Shown in pieces: positions 48,493-59,685 of a stretch of DNA of 64,000 nt. Origin of the DNA: Myxococcota bacterium (GTDB lineage Bacteria > Myxococcota > XYA12-FULL-58-9 > JABJBS01); contig JAYZAY010000067.1 in the NCBI GenBank assembly GCA_036339465.1, positions 1-64,000 on the forward strand. The letters run 5' to 3'. The notes under the pieces were generated by a model. That model saw only the letters and a program-made list of their open reading frames with translations, made no database searches and had not been told where the DNA came from. The position numbers and the translations under genes were made by a program. Every line of letters starts with the position of its first letter. Position 1 is the stretch's first letter.

Positions 48493-49161
48493 CTAAAGTG
48501 AAAAAGTGCTGCGTTCCCGACGACATGCCCAACCCAAGGGGAAACCAAAAAAGACACCGAACATCATACCCGCCGCGACATCACTCGGATGATGCCATCG
48601 TAAACTTACCCGCGACCAACTCACCCCCAAAGCTCCAATGAAAAGAGGCACCCCCACGAAAGGGGCTGCCACCAATACTGGTATCGCCGTCCCCATAGAA
48701 GTTGCGGCATGGGCAGAAGGAAAACCATGAAAGCGATAATCCAAACTAGGCCCATAGAGGCCGTCTTCCACATTCGCCAATGGACGGGCTCTCCCCAGAG
48801 TTGGCCTCAAGGTGTTTGCAGCCAATCCCGCCAAAGATCCCGCCAACAAACAAGCCAATCCCAGCCGAACCCAACAGATTCGCTTAAGGCCGTAACCCAG
48901 TCCGATTAAAGCGGATGCCAACCCCAAGGTTGCAATGGGGTAGTCCCCATAGAGAGAAAATTGCCGGGCCAACAAGACCACATTTCCAGAAATTGCCTCG
49001 GAAAGTCGAGCCAGCAAAACTTTGTCGAAGATGCCAAAAACCGCCACCACAAAAACGGCCATCGCCGGAAAACCCATCTGATAGATGCGATTCCCCTTAA
49101 ACCACTGAAATGACTGCCTAAGGAGCTCCCAAGTGAGGGACCTCAATACCTTAACGTTCAT
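48493..49161 (-). CDS. PAP2-family membrane phosphatase
   Basis: GRARP, FPSAHA, SRVSLRWHHPSDV. Start trimmed to MNVKV. Confidence 0.9.
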   Translation of the reverse strand: MNVKVLRSLTWELLRQSFQWFKGNRIYQMGFPAMAVFVVAVFGIFDKVLLARLSEAISGNVVLLARQFSLYGDYPIATLGLASALIGLGYGLKRICWVRLGLACLLAGSLAGLAANTLRPTLGRARPLANVEDGLYGPSLDYRFHGFPSAHAATSMGTAIPVLVAAPFVGVPLFIGALGVSWSRVSLRWHHPSDVAAGMMFGVFFGFPLGWACRRERSTFSL

Positions 49162-49613
49162 GGGAGCCCACTCCCACCTTTCCCTGGAAACAGCAACTAT
49201 CGAAGCGGAAAAACCGTGATCCCCACCATTGGTGGTGGTCAAATATCCAACCAGTGGTTAAGGCTTCCAATAGAGTGGGAACTTCAATGGGGAAAACTTG
49301 AGTCCCCTCGAAACCCTCGAGACCAATGACAATCGAAGTCTGCCACATCCAGACAGTTCAAATTCTAAACTTACCTTGAATAACTCAGGATACGATAAGA
49401 TTTAGACTCGAAATACCCGGTGGAGAATCGAAGGGCTTCACGGCCCGTATCATCCCCATTGTTCAACCAAGTATCTACTCGGCATAATCCGCACGTTGCA
49501 ACTCAACCCACTCTCCTATCTGGAGCACTTTAAGCGTCCTAGAAGGAGGGCAAAAACCAAAACGCGGAAAATTGCTACATTCGTCAGAATCGGCGTATAA
49601 GTCGTGGGAAGCT

Positions 49614-50309
49614 ATGATTGAGTTTTTCCATGTCTACAAAGCCTATAAGGATGAACAGCCTGTTCTCGAAGACGTCACCTTGTCTATTAACAAGGGAGAC
49701 TTTGTTTTCATTTCCGGGCCATCGGGGGCCGGAAAGTCAACCCTCTTAAAGCTTATCTTTTATGCTGAAAAGGCATCTAGAGGTCAGCTTTACGTCAGCG
49801 GTTTTAATCTGAGTCAGCTCAAGCGCTCTTCAATTCCCTGCCTAAGAAGAAATATTGGGGTCGTCTTTCAGGACTTTCAATTACTTCCCCGACGAACTGT
49901 TCAAGACAACGTCGGGCTTACCCTGGAAATCTTGGGACTCGCTCGAAAAGAGAGACGCCGCCGAACATTCGAAATGCTTCAACAGGTAGGGCTTGGCCAC
50001 AGAATCAACCACTACCCACCGGAACTTTCTGGCGGAGAACAACAACGTGTCGCCCTAGCCAGGGCTATGATCAACGAACCACAAATCCTCATTGCCGACG
50101 AACCCACCGGAAACCTCGATTCCCAGAGAGCCAAAGAAACAATGGAGCTCCTCCGAAGCGCAAATATAAGAGGCACCACCGTACTTTGTGCCACCCACAA
50201 TGAAGCGCTGATGAAAACAATTCCAGCAAAACGAATCCAAATCGATAGAGGGCGTACCAAACTTTCCCACAATATGCCCTTGCGCTTCAACCGAATGAAG
50301 ACTGGCTAA
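49614..50309 (+). CDS. ftsE: Cell division ATP-binding protein FtsE
   Basis: GPSGAGKST, LRRNIGVVFQDF, LSGGEQQR, ADEPTGNLD. Confidence 0.95.
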   Translation: MIEFFHVYKAYKDEQPVLEDVTLSINKGDFVFISGPSGAGKSTLLKLIFYAEKASRGQLYVSGFNLSQLKRSSIPCLRRNIGVVFQDFQLLPRRTVQDNVGLTLEILGLARKERRRRTFEMLQQVGLGHRINHYPPELSGGEQQRVALARAMINEPQILIADEPTGNLDSQRAKETMELLRSANIRGTTVLCATHNEALMKTIPAKRIQIDRGRTKLSHNMPLRFNRMKTG

Positions 50310-50311
50310 TC

Positions 50312-51226
50312 ATGATGATTGCCTCCACCGTACACTCCTTCCTAAACGGCGTTAAGTCCTTGAGGGCCTCCTGGGGTTTGGCTCTCCTAACCAGCACCAG
50401 CTTGGGTATCGCCGCATGCATGCTCGTCTGTGCCTATCAAGCCACCAATCAAATCCAAGCAACGCTTTCTGGATGGGCACAAGACATCCCGCTCTTAGTA
50501 GAACTCGCTCCAGAAACGACCCTCGGCAACAGGGATCTGGTTAGAGAAAAGATAGCATCTCTGCCAACGGTCACTCGGATCACTTACCATTCCCCGCAAG
50601 ACCTACTCACTGAACTCCGAGCTCACAGTACTCGATTAGAAGGTTTGGTCGAAAATGTCGATGCAACATCCATCCCTCCCCTGGTGGAGGTTTACACAAA
50701 CCTTCAACCTTCCGACCAAACCAACCACCAAAAGCTTAAAGAGAAACTCCATGAGATATCGTCGGTAGAATCCGTTGAAGACAGCTCAGAAACATGGAGA
50801 GAGCTCGAACAATTGTCTGAAGTGGTTTCCGGGGGGGGCATCCTTCTCTGTATCGCCCTAACAATCGCCCTGGGTTTCATGGTGTCCAACACCATACGTC
50901 TATCAATGATGAGTCGCCAAGATGAGATACATATCCAAAGCTTGGTCGGCGGCACTCCCCTTTTCATTGCCGCCCCTTATCTCTGGGAGGCCTTTATATG
51001 GAGCCTATTGGGCAGTGCAATTGCCTGCATGTTTCTTTTTGGCATAGAGTCTTTGCACATCGAGAATACCGCACTCATAAAAAATTATTTCTCTCAAGAA
51101 AAACCGTTTCAACTCCTCACAGTTTTCCACATCACCTTAGTTTTTATCTTTTGTCTCTCCCTTAGCTCCTGTGGGGCAGTAGCCACGATTGTTCGGGTGT
51201 TAAACCAAGAAATGGCACAGTCATGA
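50312..51226 (+). CDS. ftsX: Cell division permease FtsX
   Basis: NTIRL...RQDEI...LVGGT motif; four TM; follows ftsE. Confidence 0.9.
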   Translation: MMIASTVHSFLNGVKSLRASWGLALLTSTSLGIAACMLVCAYQATNQIQATLSGWAQDIPLLVELAPETTLGNRDLVREKIASLPTVTRITYHSPQDLLTELRAHSTRLEGLVENVDATSIPPLVEVYTNLQPSDQTNHQKLKEKLHEISSVESVEDSSETWRELEQLSEVVSGGGILLCIALTIALGFMVSNTIRLSMMSRQDEIHIQSLVGGTPLFIAAPYLWEAFIWSLLGSAIACMFLFGIESLHIENTALIKNYFSQEKPFQLLTVFHITLVFIFCLSLSSCGAVATIVRVLNQEMAQS

Positions 51227-52221
51227 CACTGCTTACAGTCTTGCTCATCGCTTGGCCCATCGCCACACCTGCCGAAAATATTTCTGACCTGTCGGAGGTT
51301 GAACGACGATTGGCCGAGCAATTAACACAAATTGAGTTCCTTGATAATAAGCTCACTTCCATCAACGAAAAACTCGCTTGGAATCTCGCCAACGACAGTA
51401 GGCTTCAGCTCGAACACAAAAATTTGCAGAAAAACTTGGGTAAACGCGCCATGGGGCTCTTTAAGGCTCCGAAACCCTCAGCACTTCTAATACTGGGCCA
51501 GAGCAAGTCATTCCATAAATTCCTGAGAACTCGTTACGTTCTGCATCACGCCAAGCGTCATGATCTAGAACAAGTTCGAGTGTTAAATCATAAGGGCGCC
51601 CAACTAAAAGAAGCCCGAAACTCCCAGGCAAAGTATCTGAAAAGAGTAAGAAGGATTCACACAAAACGCACCAGCCAAAGAAACCGTTTGGCACACATTC
51701 GTGAAATGAAACTAGAGAAAATGCGACAACTAGCCCCCGAGCAACGTGAAAAAGACTGGCAGACAAACGCCTCTAATCTCGCCGAAACATTTTCCTTCTT
51801 CCCCATATCCTCCCCCAGTGAACCGGACTCATCCCCAAAATACATCTATCCCCAACCCGTGGCCGGAACTGTTTCGTACAAAGTTGGGACTCCCCTTCTA
51901 TCCTCTCAAAACAAAAAGATAAAAAGCGACGGCACCTATTTTGACGTCCTATTTGGAAGTCCCGTTTATGCTATCTGCGCGGGTCAAGTCGAATACGCAA
52001 AGTGGCTTGATGGATACGGTTACACGGTGGTCGTGAAGTGTGGAAAACGGTACATCCTGTACGCTCATCTACGCAAACTCGATGTTTCTAACACAATGGT
52101 CATCAGCACGGGAGACAAAATCGGGGTTGTTGGAGAATCGTCTTCGCTACCCAACGGAGCATTTTACCTCGCAATTTGGTCAGAGAATCAATGGCTGCAA
52201 CCACACTTTGAAGAAAATTAA
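51223..52221 (+). CDS. envC: EnvC-like murein hydrolase activator (coiled coil + degenerate M23)
   Basis: Coiled coil; GYGYTVVV, YAHL, IGVVG; lacks the HxxxD zinc ligands; follows ftsEX. Confidence 0.75.
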   Translation: MTLLTVLLIAWPIATPAENISDLSEVERRLAEQLTQIEFLDNKLTSINEKLAWNLANDSRLQLEHKNLQKNLGKRAMGLFKAPKPSALLILGQSKSFHKFLRTRYVLHHAKRHDLEQVRVLNHKGAQLKEARNSQAKYLKRVRRIHTKRTSQRNRLAHIREMKLEKMRQLAPEQREKDWQTNASNLAETFSFFPISSPSEPDSSPKYIYPQPVAGTVSYKVGTPLLSSQNKKIKSDGTYFDVLFGSPVYAICAGQVEYAKWLDGYGYTVVVKCGKRYILYAHLRKLDVSNTMVISTGDKIGVVGESSSLPNGAFYLAIWSENQWLQPHFEEN

Positions 52222-52226
52222 ACTTC

Positions 52227-53348
52227 ATGAATTCACCGCTCAACAAACCCGTAGCCATAACCGTTACCCTCATATTTTCAGCCCTATTCATCGGTGCCAA
52301 AAAAGCGACACCAGATTCTTTATTTGTTGGCTTGGAAGCTTTTACGGACTCAATCGCATTAATTGAAAATCATTATATTTCACCCATAGCCGGTGAAAAA
52401 CTCATCGAAGCTGCTCTGAAGGGTATCACCAAGAAACTGGACCCCTACTCAGAATACATTACGGCAGATGAGCTGAAATCCAGAAAAAAAGTGTCGTCTG
52501 GCTTTATTTATCAGGTGGGACTCGAAATAAAAAACGAAGGGAAATCCTTCTCAATCGAATCCGTTTGGCCGAATTCTTCAGCAAAAGAAGCTGGTCTAGA
52601 AATAGGTGACGAGGTGCGAGCCATCGGCGATTGCTCTCTTACTCCAGAAACATTCGAGCAATGCATTCTTGCACTAGAAGGCCCACCAAAGAGTAAGGTA
52701 ACGCTACATATACGCCCCAAGCACAGGGAACAAGCCTGGCCTTTTACCCTGAATAGACATCCGTTCTTGCGGCCCGCGGTAAAGCGGAGCCAATGCAGTA
52801 ATACCATTCCCATAATACGAATCAATGCATTTCGAGCCGGCATGGCCAATGAGCTAGCAGTAGAGCTCAATAAGCTTAGGCAATCGCCACTTCTGATCGT
52901 GGATCTTAGGGGCAATCCCGGCGGACTCCTCGACGAAGCCGTCAGGGCGGCAGACCTATTCATCGATGAAGGCACCCTCGTACGGGTTATAAGTAAACAA
53001 GGTCACCAAAAAGAAGAATATGTTGCCCATATAACCCCAACCCTTTTCAGGGGTAGGGTCGTCGTTGTGGCCGATCGAGAAACGGCATCTGCCGCTGAGG
53101 TCTTCGCGTCGGCCCTCCAGACCCACAGCTCTGGAACTCTCTTTGGCCAGCCAACCTTCGGTAAAGCGTTGGTCCAAACATTTTTTCCCCTGGTTAATGG
53201 TGGCGCACTTAAGTTATCGGTGGCTCGATATCTCACCTCTGACGACAAAGACCTATCCCAACAAGGACTCAACCCCGATGTGCTTATCGCAACCCATAAT
53301 GAAGACAGCTACTGTGATTTAATCGATGACTGGTGGAAAAATCTCTGA
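52227..53348 (+). CDS. ctpA: S41 C-terminal processing protease
   Basis: LDPYSEY, PDZ, DLRGNPGGLL, TASAAE, TFGK. Confidence 0.9.
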   Translation: MNSPLNKPVAITVTLIFSALFIGAKKATPDSLFVGLEAFTDSIALIENHYISPIAGEKLIEAALKGITKKLDPYSEYITADELKSRKKVSSGFIYQVGLEIKNEGKSFSIESVWPNSSAKEAGLEIGDEVRAIGDCSLTPETFEQCILALEGPPKSKVTLHIRPKHREQAWPFTLNRHPFLRPAVKRSQCSNTIPIIRINAFRAGMANELAVELNKLRQSPLLIVDLRGNPGGLLDEAVRAADLFIDEGTLVRVISKQGHQKEEYVAHITPTLFRGRVVVVADRETASAAEVFASALQTHSSGTLFGQPTFGKALVQTFFPLVNGGALKLSVARYLTSDDKDLSQQGLNPDVLIATHNEDSYCDLIDDWWKNL

Positions 53349-53388
53349 ACAGACAAAAAAGGAAATTTAGAAGCCCAAAACATTCAAT

Positions 53389-55035
53389 TCAGTTATTCGG
53401 AAGAAATCCATGGGTTAACTTGGGGCCTTGGGGCTGCGATAAACTACCATGGGGACCAAAAGCTTCTACGGAAGCTTTAAGGGAATCTAAGTCTTTATTT
53501 GTGGCCACGGTTCCCTCCTCTCTCGAGAGATGGAGAGTCTGAGTTGGAAAAGCGAATTCAACGCCCAATTCTGCCCCCAAGCGCTTGATTTCAATCAAGA
53601 CTTGATGCCTTGCCTTGAGCTCATCGGTCCAACTTGAGACTTCGAAAAAACAATAAACCATGATCTCGAGAGCAAAATCTCCAAATCCTTTAAAGTGGAC
53701 TTCATAGTAATCCTGACGAACCGCTGAATTCGCCTGAAAAATAGCCCGTACTCCCTCAACAAAAGCCTGAATTTGCTCTGCACTGGTATCATAAGTAAGC
53801 CCAAGAGTTGCAGAATAGCGCCGATACTGTCGCGCACCAAGATTGTCGATTGCTGAATCTGCAACCTTAGAATTTGGAATAGTGATAAGAGAGTTGTAGA
53901 AAGTCCTAATCTGAGTAGAGCGAAAACCGACACTTTCCACCACGCCCTCAACCCCAACAGCCTTGACCCAATCCCCAATCTGGAAAGGTCTCCCCGCAAA
54001 GATCGTCGCCGAACCAAAAAGGTTGGCAATGGTATTTTGAGCAGCCAGTGCAACGGCCAAACTCCCCACACCTAAAGTCGCAATTAAGGAATCTACATCA
54101 TAATTCAAATTCTGAAGGATAAAAACGCCCCCCACAGAGAGGATGAAAATTTTTAACGCTCGGTCAATCAGCGGCACGAACTGGTCATCGAGTTTTGTCT
54201 CAGTACTGCTGGCTCGTTCGGTAAGCCAACCAGTGACAAGATCCGTAAATCGATAAAGGGCAAGAATACCGTAAAAGGCCAATAGGAGTCTCGCCACAGA
54301 GAGAACGACCTGGTTAAACCGAACCGTAAACCCCAACCCTGGTAGCACATAAATAAAAAGGCTAAGCCCTAGAAACATTCCCAGGGGTCTTGCGCCTCTC
54401 TCAAGGATTTCTTCTGAGAAACTGAATTTCAATTTGGTCATGATGAATTTTGCTTGACCAAATATGAATCTCAAAGTGATGAACCGAACCATAAAGATTC
54501 CCAGGAGCAACAAAAGAAGGCCACTCCACTGCCATAGGGCAAACCCCATAAAGTGATTTTGCACCCATGGGGGCAACCAATGATTCCATTTGGTCATATC
54601 AAAGATCAGGATCTTCTGATGGAGGGCCGGAATATCATGAATCGTCCTACGCCCCCAAACCCATTGTTCTCCAACCATTTCCACAAAAACTTGTGGGAGG
54701 AGTGGAGAAAGGACATATTTCCCCTCGCCTTTCACGTTCTTGTACTCGAAATCCCCAGGCAAAGAGTCGACTTGGATGAAAAGTCCTTTGGCATCCAAAA
54801 CCTGAATAATTTGAGCCGCGCGTTGCGCTGCGATTTCCTCGGAAATACTTCCTTCCTTCAGAATGCAGGTCGCAGCCACCCTCGGCTCGTAATTTTCGGG
54901 CTGCAACCAATTCAGCAACGTCGTAATTGCCGCTTTAGGGGAATGGCAGGCCCCAGAGCCAGACGACGCAAAGCTTTCGGACGACGTACCAAGAGTCACA
55001 ATCATCGTGGTTAGGACAAGTACTAATCTCTTCAT
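53389..55035 (-). CDS. MscS-family mechanosensitive channel with periplasmic N-terminal domain
   Basis: LGVGSLAVALAAQ, PFQIGDWV, GFRSTQIR, IPNS, FAFPTQT. Confidence 0.93.
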   Translation of the reverse strand: MKRLVLVLTTMIVTLGTSSESFASSGSGACHSPKAAITTLLNWLQPENYEPRVAATCILKEGSISEEIAAQRAAQIIQVLDAKGLFIQVDSLPGDFEYKNVKGEGKYVLSPLLPQVFVEMVGEQWVWGRRTIHDIPALHQKILIFDMTKWNHWLPPWVQNHFMGFALWQWSGLLLLLLGIFMVRFITLRFIFGQAKFIMTKLKFSFSEEILERGARPLGMFLGLSLFIYVLPGLGFTVRFNQVVLSVARLLLAFYGILALYRFTDLVTGWLTERASSTETKLDDQFVPLIDRALKIFILSVGGVFILQNLNYDVDSLIATLGVGSLAVALAAQNTIANLFGSATIFAGRPFQIGDWVKAVGVEGVVESVGFRSTQIRTFYNSLITIPNSKVADSAIDNLGARQYRRYSATLGLTYDTSAEQIQAFVEGVRAIFQANSAVRQDYYEVHFKGFGDFALEIMVYCFFEVSSWTDELKARHQVLIEIKRLGAELGVEFAFPTQTLHLSREEGTVATNKDLDSLKASVEAFGPHGSLSQPQGPKLTHGFLPNN

Positions 55036-55132
55036 GGGTGAACGTGTACAACGCTCGTAAAGAGAGGGCAACGGCTACATTGAAATTGGATGAGAGGCGC
55101 TGGAGAATAGCCGTACGAGAATTGAGGGTCTC

Positions 55133-56413
55133 TTAAAACTGAACTGATTCAGTGGACTCTTCGAGGGCCAACGTTGAAGAATCGCCCGCCGAAATCACCG
55201 TGCTGACTGCATCAAAATATCCCGTTCCCACTTCGCGTTGATGCCGAGTGGCTGTATAGCCATCAACCTCAGCAGCAAATTCCTTTTCTTGTAATCTGGA
55301 ATATGCGGCCATCCCACTTTCCTTATAGCCTCTAGCAAGATCAAACATGCTCATGTTCAACGCATGAAAACCCGCGAGAGTTACAAACTGAAACTTATAG
55401 CCCATAGCCCCCAGTTCTCTCTGAAACTTCGCAATGGTCGCATCATCTAAATTCCGCTTCCAATTGAAGGATGGAGAGCAATTATAGGAAAGCATTTTAC
55501 CGGGAAATTGAGCGTGAATACCTTCAGCGAATTGTTTCGCTTCCTTCAAGCATGGTGTCGAAGTTTCACACCAGATCAAATCGCAATAGGGTGCGTAGGC
55601 CAATCCACGAGAAATCGCTTGCTCAATGCCACCCTTGATTCCAAAGAATCCCTCAGACGTGCGCTGCCCCGTTAAGAACTCGTGATCTCGCTCGTCGACG
55701 TCTGAAGTCAAGAGACGAGCGCTATCGGCATCGGTTCGCGCCATCAACAACGTTGGAACGTCGCAGACATCAGCAGCAAGTCTCGCAGCAATCAACGTAC
55801 GAACAAACTGCTTAACCGGCACCAAAACCTTGCCACCCAAGTGACCACACTTTTTCTCACTTGAAAGTTGATCTTCAAAATGCACACCCGAAGCCCCCGC
55901 TTCAATCATGCTCTTCATTAGTTCAAAAGCATTGAGGGAACCGCCAAATCCAGCCTCCGCATCTGCGACAATCGGGGCAAACCATTCTCTCGAAAGTTCA
56001 CCTTCGGCTTGTTCAATTTGGTCTGCTCGCTGAAGCGCCTGGTTAATTCGTTTAACCAGCATCGGCACACTATTGGCAGGATATAAGCTCTGGTCGGGAT
56101 ACATGTTGCCCGAAATATTTGCATCTGCCGCTACCTGCCATCCACTACAATAGATCGCTTTTAGACCCGCTCGCACTTGCTGCATTGCCTGATTGCCTGT
56201 CAAGGCTCCGAGTGCATTCACATACGCTTCGTTATGAAGAAGTTCCCACAATCGCCGAGCGCCAACATTTGCCAGGGTATATTCAATTTTCAAAGAGCCA
56301 CAAAGACTTTCCACATCCTCTTGCGAATATGGGCGTTGCACCCCAATCCAGCGCTCTACTTGGAAGGTTTGTTCATCCGTTGTGAAATCTGGGGTCGTTT
56401 TGGGCATCTGCAT
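55133..56413 (-). CDS. aceA: Isocitrate lyase
   Basis: KKCGHLGGK signature, [16 protein letters not shown]. Confidence 0.98.
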   Translation of the reverse strand: MQMPKTTPDFTTDEQTFQVERWIGVQRPYSQEDVESLCGSLKIEYTLANVGARRLWELLHNEAYVNALGALTGNQAMQQVRAGLKAIYCSGWQVAADANISGNMYPDQSLYPANSVPMLVKRINQALQRADQIEQAEGELSREWFAPIVADAEAGFGGSLNAFELMKSMIEAGASGVHFEDQLSSEKKCGHLGGKVLVPVKQFVRTLIAARLAADVCDVPTLLMARTDADSARLLTSDVDERDHEFLTGQRTSEGFFGIKGGIEQAISRGLAYAPYCDLIWCETSTPCLKEAKQFAEGIHAQFPGKMLSYNCSPSFNWKRNLDDATIAKFQRELGAMGYKFQFVTLAGFHALNMSMFDLARGYKESGMAAYSRLQEKEFAAEVDGYTATRHQREVGTGYFDAVSTVISAGDSSTLALEESTESVQF

Positions 56414-56427
56414 ATTCTATTAATCTC

Positions 56428-58062
56428 CTAGTGCAATTGCTCACCGGCTATATTGACCAGTTGCTCGTAAGCAGGAATCGTTAGGAATTCTACAAACTCG
56501 GGGGAGGTGGACAAATTTTCGAATAGTTCTGTGGCCTCTCGAAATTTTCCTGCTCTAAAATGCTCTTCACCTAGATAGCAGGATAACTTCGACAATTCCT
56601 CTTGGAGAATGGTCCGAAAAAAGTCGCGCGTAATCGGGCGCCCATCTGTCAATGAAACACCGTGGTTTAACCATTGCCAGAGTTGGGCCCTAGAAATCTC
56701 TGCAGTCGCAGCATCTTCCATAAGATTGTTCAGTGGCACACATCCGATTCCGCGGAGCCAAGACTCTAGGTACTGAAGCCCAATCGAAATATTCTCCCGA
56801 AAACCCGACTCCGTTAGAGTCCCTGTGGGTGGTTCCAAAAGGTCTTTTTCCGTAATCTCTAGATCATCTGGCCGGTACTCCAGCTGATTTGGACCCTTCA
56901 TATGTGCATCAAAAATCTCTTTTGCCACCGACACTAAACCCGGATGTGCAACCCAGGTGCCATCATGGCCTTTTTGAACCTCTCGAAGTTTATCACTGCG
57001 AACTTTGTCAAGGGCCGTCGTATTGGCACCTGGATCGTTCTTAATGGGAATTTGTGCTGCCATACCACCCATGGCATGGACCCCTCGGCGATGGCAGGTT
57101 TTAATCACCAGTTGCGTGTAGGAGTCCATGAAATGTTGGCTCATACCCACTTGAGACCGGTCGGGAATAACTCGCTCCTTGTCAGTCCGAATGGTCTTAA
57201 TATAGCTAAATATATAATCCCAACGCCCACAATTTAGACCAGAAGAGTGCCATCGTAACTCATAGAGGATTTCATCCATCTCGAAGGCAGCTGGTAAGGT
57301 CTCAATAAGAACGGTCGCGTTAATCGTGCCCTTTGGTATACTTACATACTTTTGGCTAAAGAGAAAAACATCGTTCCACAAGCGAGCCTCAAGATGACTC
57401 TCCAGCTTGGGTAAATAGAAGTAAGGACCCGTTCCATTTTGGAGAAGCCCAACAGCATTGTGAAAGAAATAGAGGCCAAAATCGAATAGGCACCCCGGGA
57501 TAGCTTGACCATCAACTCGAAAATGCTTTTCCCATAAATGTAATCCTCGCGGCCGAACCAAGAGTGTGGCTGTCTGCTCATTCAGCTTATAGTCTTTCGC
57601 CTTCACCGGATCATGGAAATCGATCTGACGAGCAACGGCGTCGAAGAGATTAATCTGACCATCCAGCATATTTTTCCAAGTGGGGGCAGAGGAATCCTCG
57701 AAGTCCGCCATAAAACAATTCGCACCTGAATTCAGCGCGTTGATAATCATCTTACGTTCAACTGGACCGGTGATCTCAACTCTGCGATCGAGTAGGTCTT
57801 CCGGTAATTTACCCACTTTCCAATCACGCTCCCGGACAGAACACGTCTGCTCCAAAAACATGGGCCGCTCCCCTGCATCAAACCTTTCCTGCCGTTTTTT
57901 ACGAGCCTCAAGCAACTCTTCGAGACGACTGGTGTAGGTACGCGCCAGTTCAGTTAAGAACTGGAGTGCTCCAGGAGTCAGGATCTCCTGGTAGCGTTCT
58001 TCCAACTCACCCAAAATTTCGACCCCTTCAGGAGCAGGTAAAGATTCCATTGTATAGCCCAT
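56428..58062 (-). CDS. aceB: Malate synthase A
   Basis: DRRVEITGP, LNCGRWDYIFS, GHDGTWVAHP, LMEDAATAEISR. Confidence 0.98.
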   Translation of the reverse strand: MGYTMESLPAPEGVEILGELEERYQEILTPGALQFLTELARTYTSRLEELLEARKKRQERFDAGERPMFLEQTCSVRERDWKVGKLPEDLLDRRVEITGPVERKMIINALNSGANCFMADFEDSSAPTWKNMLDGQINLFDAVARQIDFHDPVKAKDYKLNEQTATLLVRPRGLHLWEKHFRVDGQAIPGCLFDFGLYFFHNAVGLLQNGTGPYFYLPKLESHLEARLWNDVFLFSQKYVSIPKGTINATVLIETLPAAFEMDEILYELRWHSSGLNCGRWDYIFSYIKTIRTDKERVIPDRSQVGMSQHFMDSYTQLVIKTCHRRGVHAMGGMAAQIPIKNDPGANTTALDKVRSDKLREVQKGHDGTWVAHPGLVSVAKEIFDAHMKGPNQLEYRPDDLEITEKDLLEPPTGTLTESGFRENISIGLQYLESWLRGIGCVPLNNLMEDAATAEISRAQLWQWLNHGVSLTDGRPITRDFFRTILQEELSKLSCYLGEEHFRAGKFREATELFENLSTSPEFVEFLTIPAYEQLVNIAGEQLH

Positions 58063-58154
58063 TGCGTTTCCTCCAATTCAAATTGACGCGGAGCGAGGTA
58101 AAACTACTGCGAATACAAGATTAATCAAGAACTCTTTTAAATACAATGCGTTAT

Positions 58155-58204
58155 AGGTGTTGACACCTGTAAATGTAAAAGTGTAAAGCTGTAAATGGTT
58201 TACA
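58155..58204. promoter_or_regulatory. Candidate RamB operator array overlapping a promoter
   Basis: TGTAAA at 58168, 58174, 58182, 58190; inverted TTTACA at 58199; TTGACA at 58160 inside palindrome AGGTGT-TG-ACACCT. Confidence 0.7.
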
Positions 58205-58223
58205 AATCACACAGGAATTCAAT

Positions 58224-59657
58224 ATGGATGTCTCTCCTCTTGGTACGCGCCTCCGCTCTCTTCGCCGGCGACAGGGGTGGACTCAGACTAAGTTGGCAAA
58301 GACGCTCGGGATTTCTAACAGTTACCTGAATCTCATTGAGAACAATAAACGACCACTCAGTGCCCCGCTGTTGATTAAGGCGGCCCAAATCTTCCAAGTT
58401 GACCTTCAAAGCTTTGCCGCAGAAAGTGAAGGATCGCTGCTGGCAGACATCATGGAAGTCTTTGGTGACCCTGTTTTCGATGCCTATGAACTCGCTGGAG
58501 CCGAGGTACGTGAATTGGTTAATACCAACTCAAATCTCGCCCGTGCGGTGATGGGGCTTTATAGGGCCTACAGGGAAACGGTGGAATCGGCAGAGTCATT
58601 GGTATCCCAACTTACACATTCCTCCCCTGGAGTACCGGCGATACAAACCTCTCGTCTCCCCACTGAAGAAGTAAGTGATCTGATTCAACGAAATCAAAAC
58701 TTTTTTCCCGATCTTGAAGCGAGTGCCGAAGATCTACGGAAAAGAGCGCGCCTCGAAGACGAGGACCTCTTCCGAGGTTTGGTCTCATACCTACACGATG
58801 ACCATGGTATTGAAGTTCGGATTGAAAAAGTAAGCTTCATGCAAGAAGCCGTTCGACGTTTCGAGCCGAAAAAAAGAGTCCTTTATCTCTCAGAGGTTCT
58901 CCGCCGGGGTTCACGTAATTTTCAACTGGCACATCAAATAGGATTACTAACGCAAAATGAGATCTATAATAAAATATGCAAAGATGAATCCCTAACCACT
59001 GACGACTCGCGAGCCCTAGCCCGCGTCGCCTTAGCCAACTACACCGCCGGCGCAATATTGATGCCTTATCAGCCATTTATCGAGGCTGCACGGGTTGAAC
59101 GTTACGACCTTGAACTCCTTGGGCACCGCTTTCGAACCTCTTTTGAACAAGTTTGCCATCGGCTGACAAGTCTCCGTAAGAAGGGAAATGAGGGTATCCC
59201 CTTTCACCTCGTTCGCATCGATATTGCCGGTAATATATCTAAGCAATTCTCTGCATCAGGGCTGAGGTTCTCGCGCTTCAACGCCACCTGCCCTCGCTGG
59301 AATGTGCACAAGGCATTCATGACACCCGGCCTCATTCGCGTTCAAATCTCGGAGATGCCCAACAGCCAAAAGTTCTTTTGTGTGGCTCGATCACTCTCTA
59401 AAGGAGGCGGCGGGTATAAATCACAACACCACGTCCAGGCCATCGGTCTCGGATGTGAAATACGTTTCGCCCAAGAGATTGTGTATTCCGATGGCGTAGC
59501 GATCCAAAGCGAGGACGCCCAAGTTCCAGTTGGCGTCACTTGCCGGTTATGCGAACGAACCGATTGTGGGCAAAGAGCATTTCCTGCACTACTGCATCCG
59601 CTCATTATCAACGAAGATATACGAGGAGAGTCATTCTTCACCCCAGTACATTGTTAG
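58224..59657 (+). CDS. ramB: ScfR/RamB-family XRE regulator
   Basis: XRE HTH (SYLNLIENNKRP), FQLAH, SFEQVCHRL, CPRWNVH, GVTCRLCER; divergent from aceBA. Confidence 0.88.
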   Translation: MDVSPLGTRLRSLRRRQGWTQTKLAKTLGISNSYLNLIENNKRPLSAPLLIKAAQIFQVDLQSFAAESEGSLLADIMEVFGDPVFDAYELAGAEVRELVNTNSNLARAVMGLYRAYRETVESAESLVSQLTHSSPGVPAIQTSRLPTEEVSDLIQRNQNFFPDLEASAEDLRKRARLEDEDLFRGLVSYLHDDHGIEVRIEKVSFMQEAVRRFEPKKRVLYLSEVLRRGSRNFQLAHQIGLLTQNEIYNKICKDESLTTDDSRALARVALANYTAGAILMPYQPFIEAARVERYDLELLGHRFRTSFEQVCHRLTSLRKKGNEGIPFHLVRIDIAGNISKQFSASGLRFSRFNATCPRWNVHKAFMTPGLIRVQISEMPNSQKFFCVARSLSKGGGGYKSQHHVQAIGLGCEIRFAQEIVYSDGVAIQSEDAQVPVGVTCRLCERTDCGQRAFPALLHPLIINEDIRGESFFTPVHC

Positions 59658-59685
59658 ATGCCCTCGCCCCCAGCACGAAACCCAC

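Noticed and set aside
49162..49570. A further hydrolase-like pseudogene (EVPTLL, GGDHGF fragments)
   Set aside because: The fragments are too short and scattered to support a call without a search.
51223..52221. Inactive M23 peptidase as a novelty
   Set aside because: Loss of zinc ligands is the normal state of EnvC next to ftsEX.
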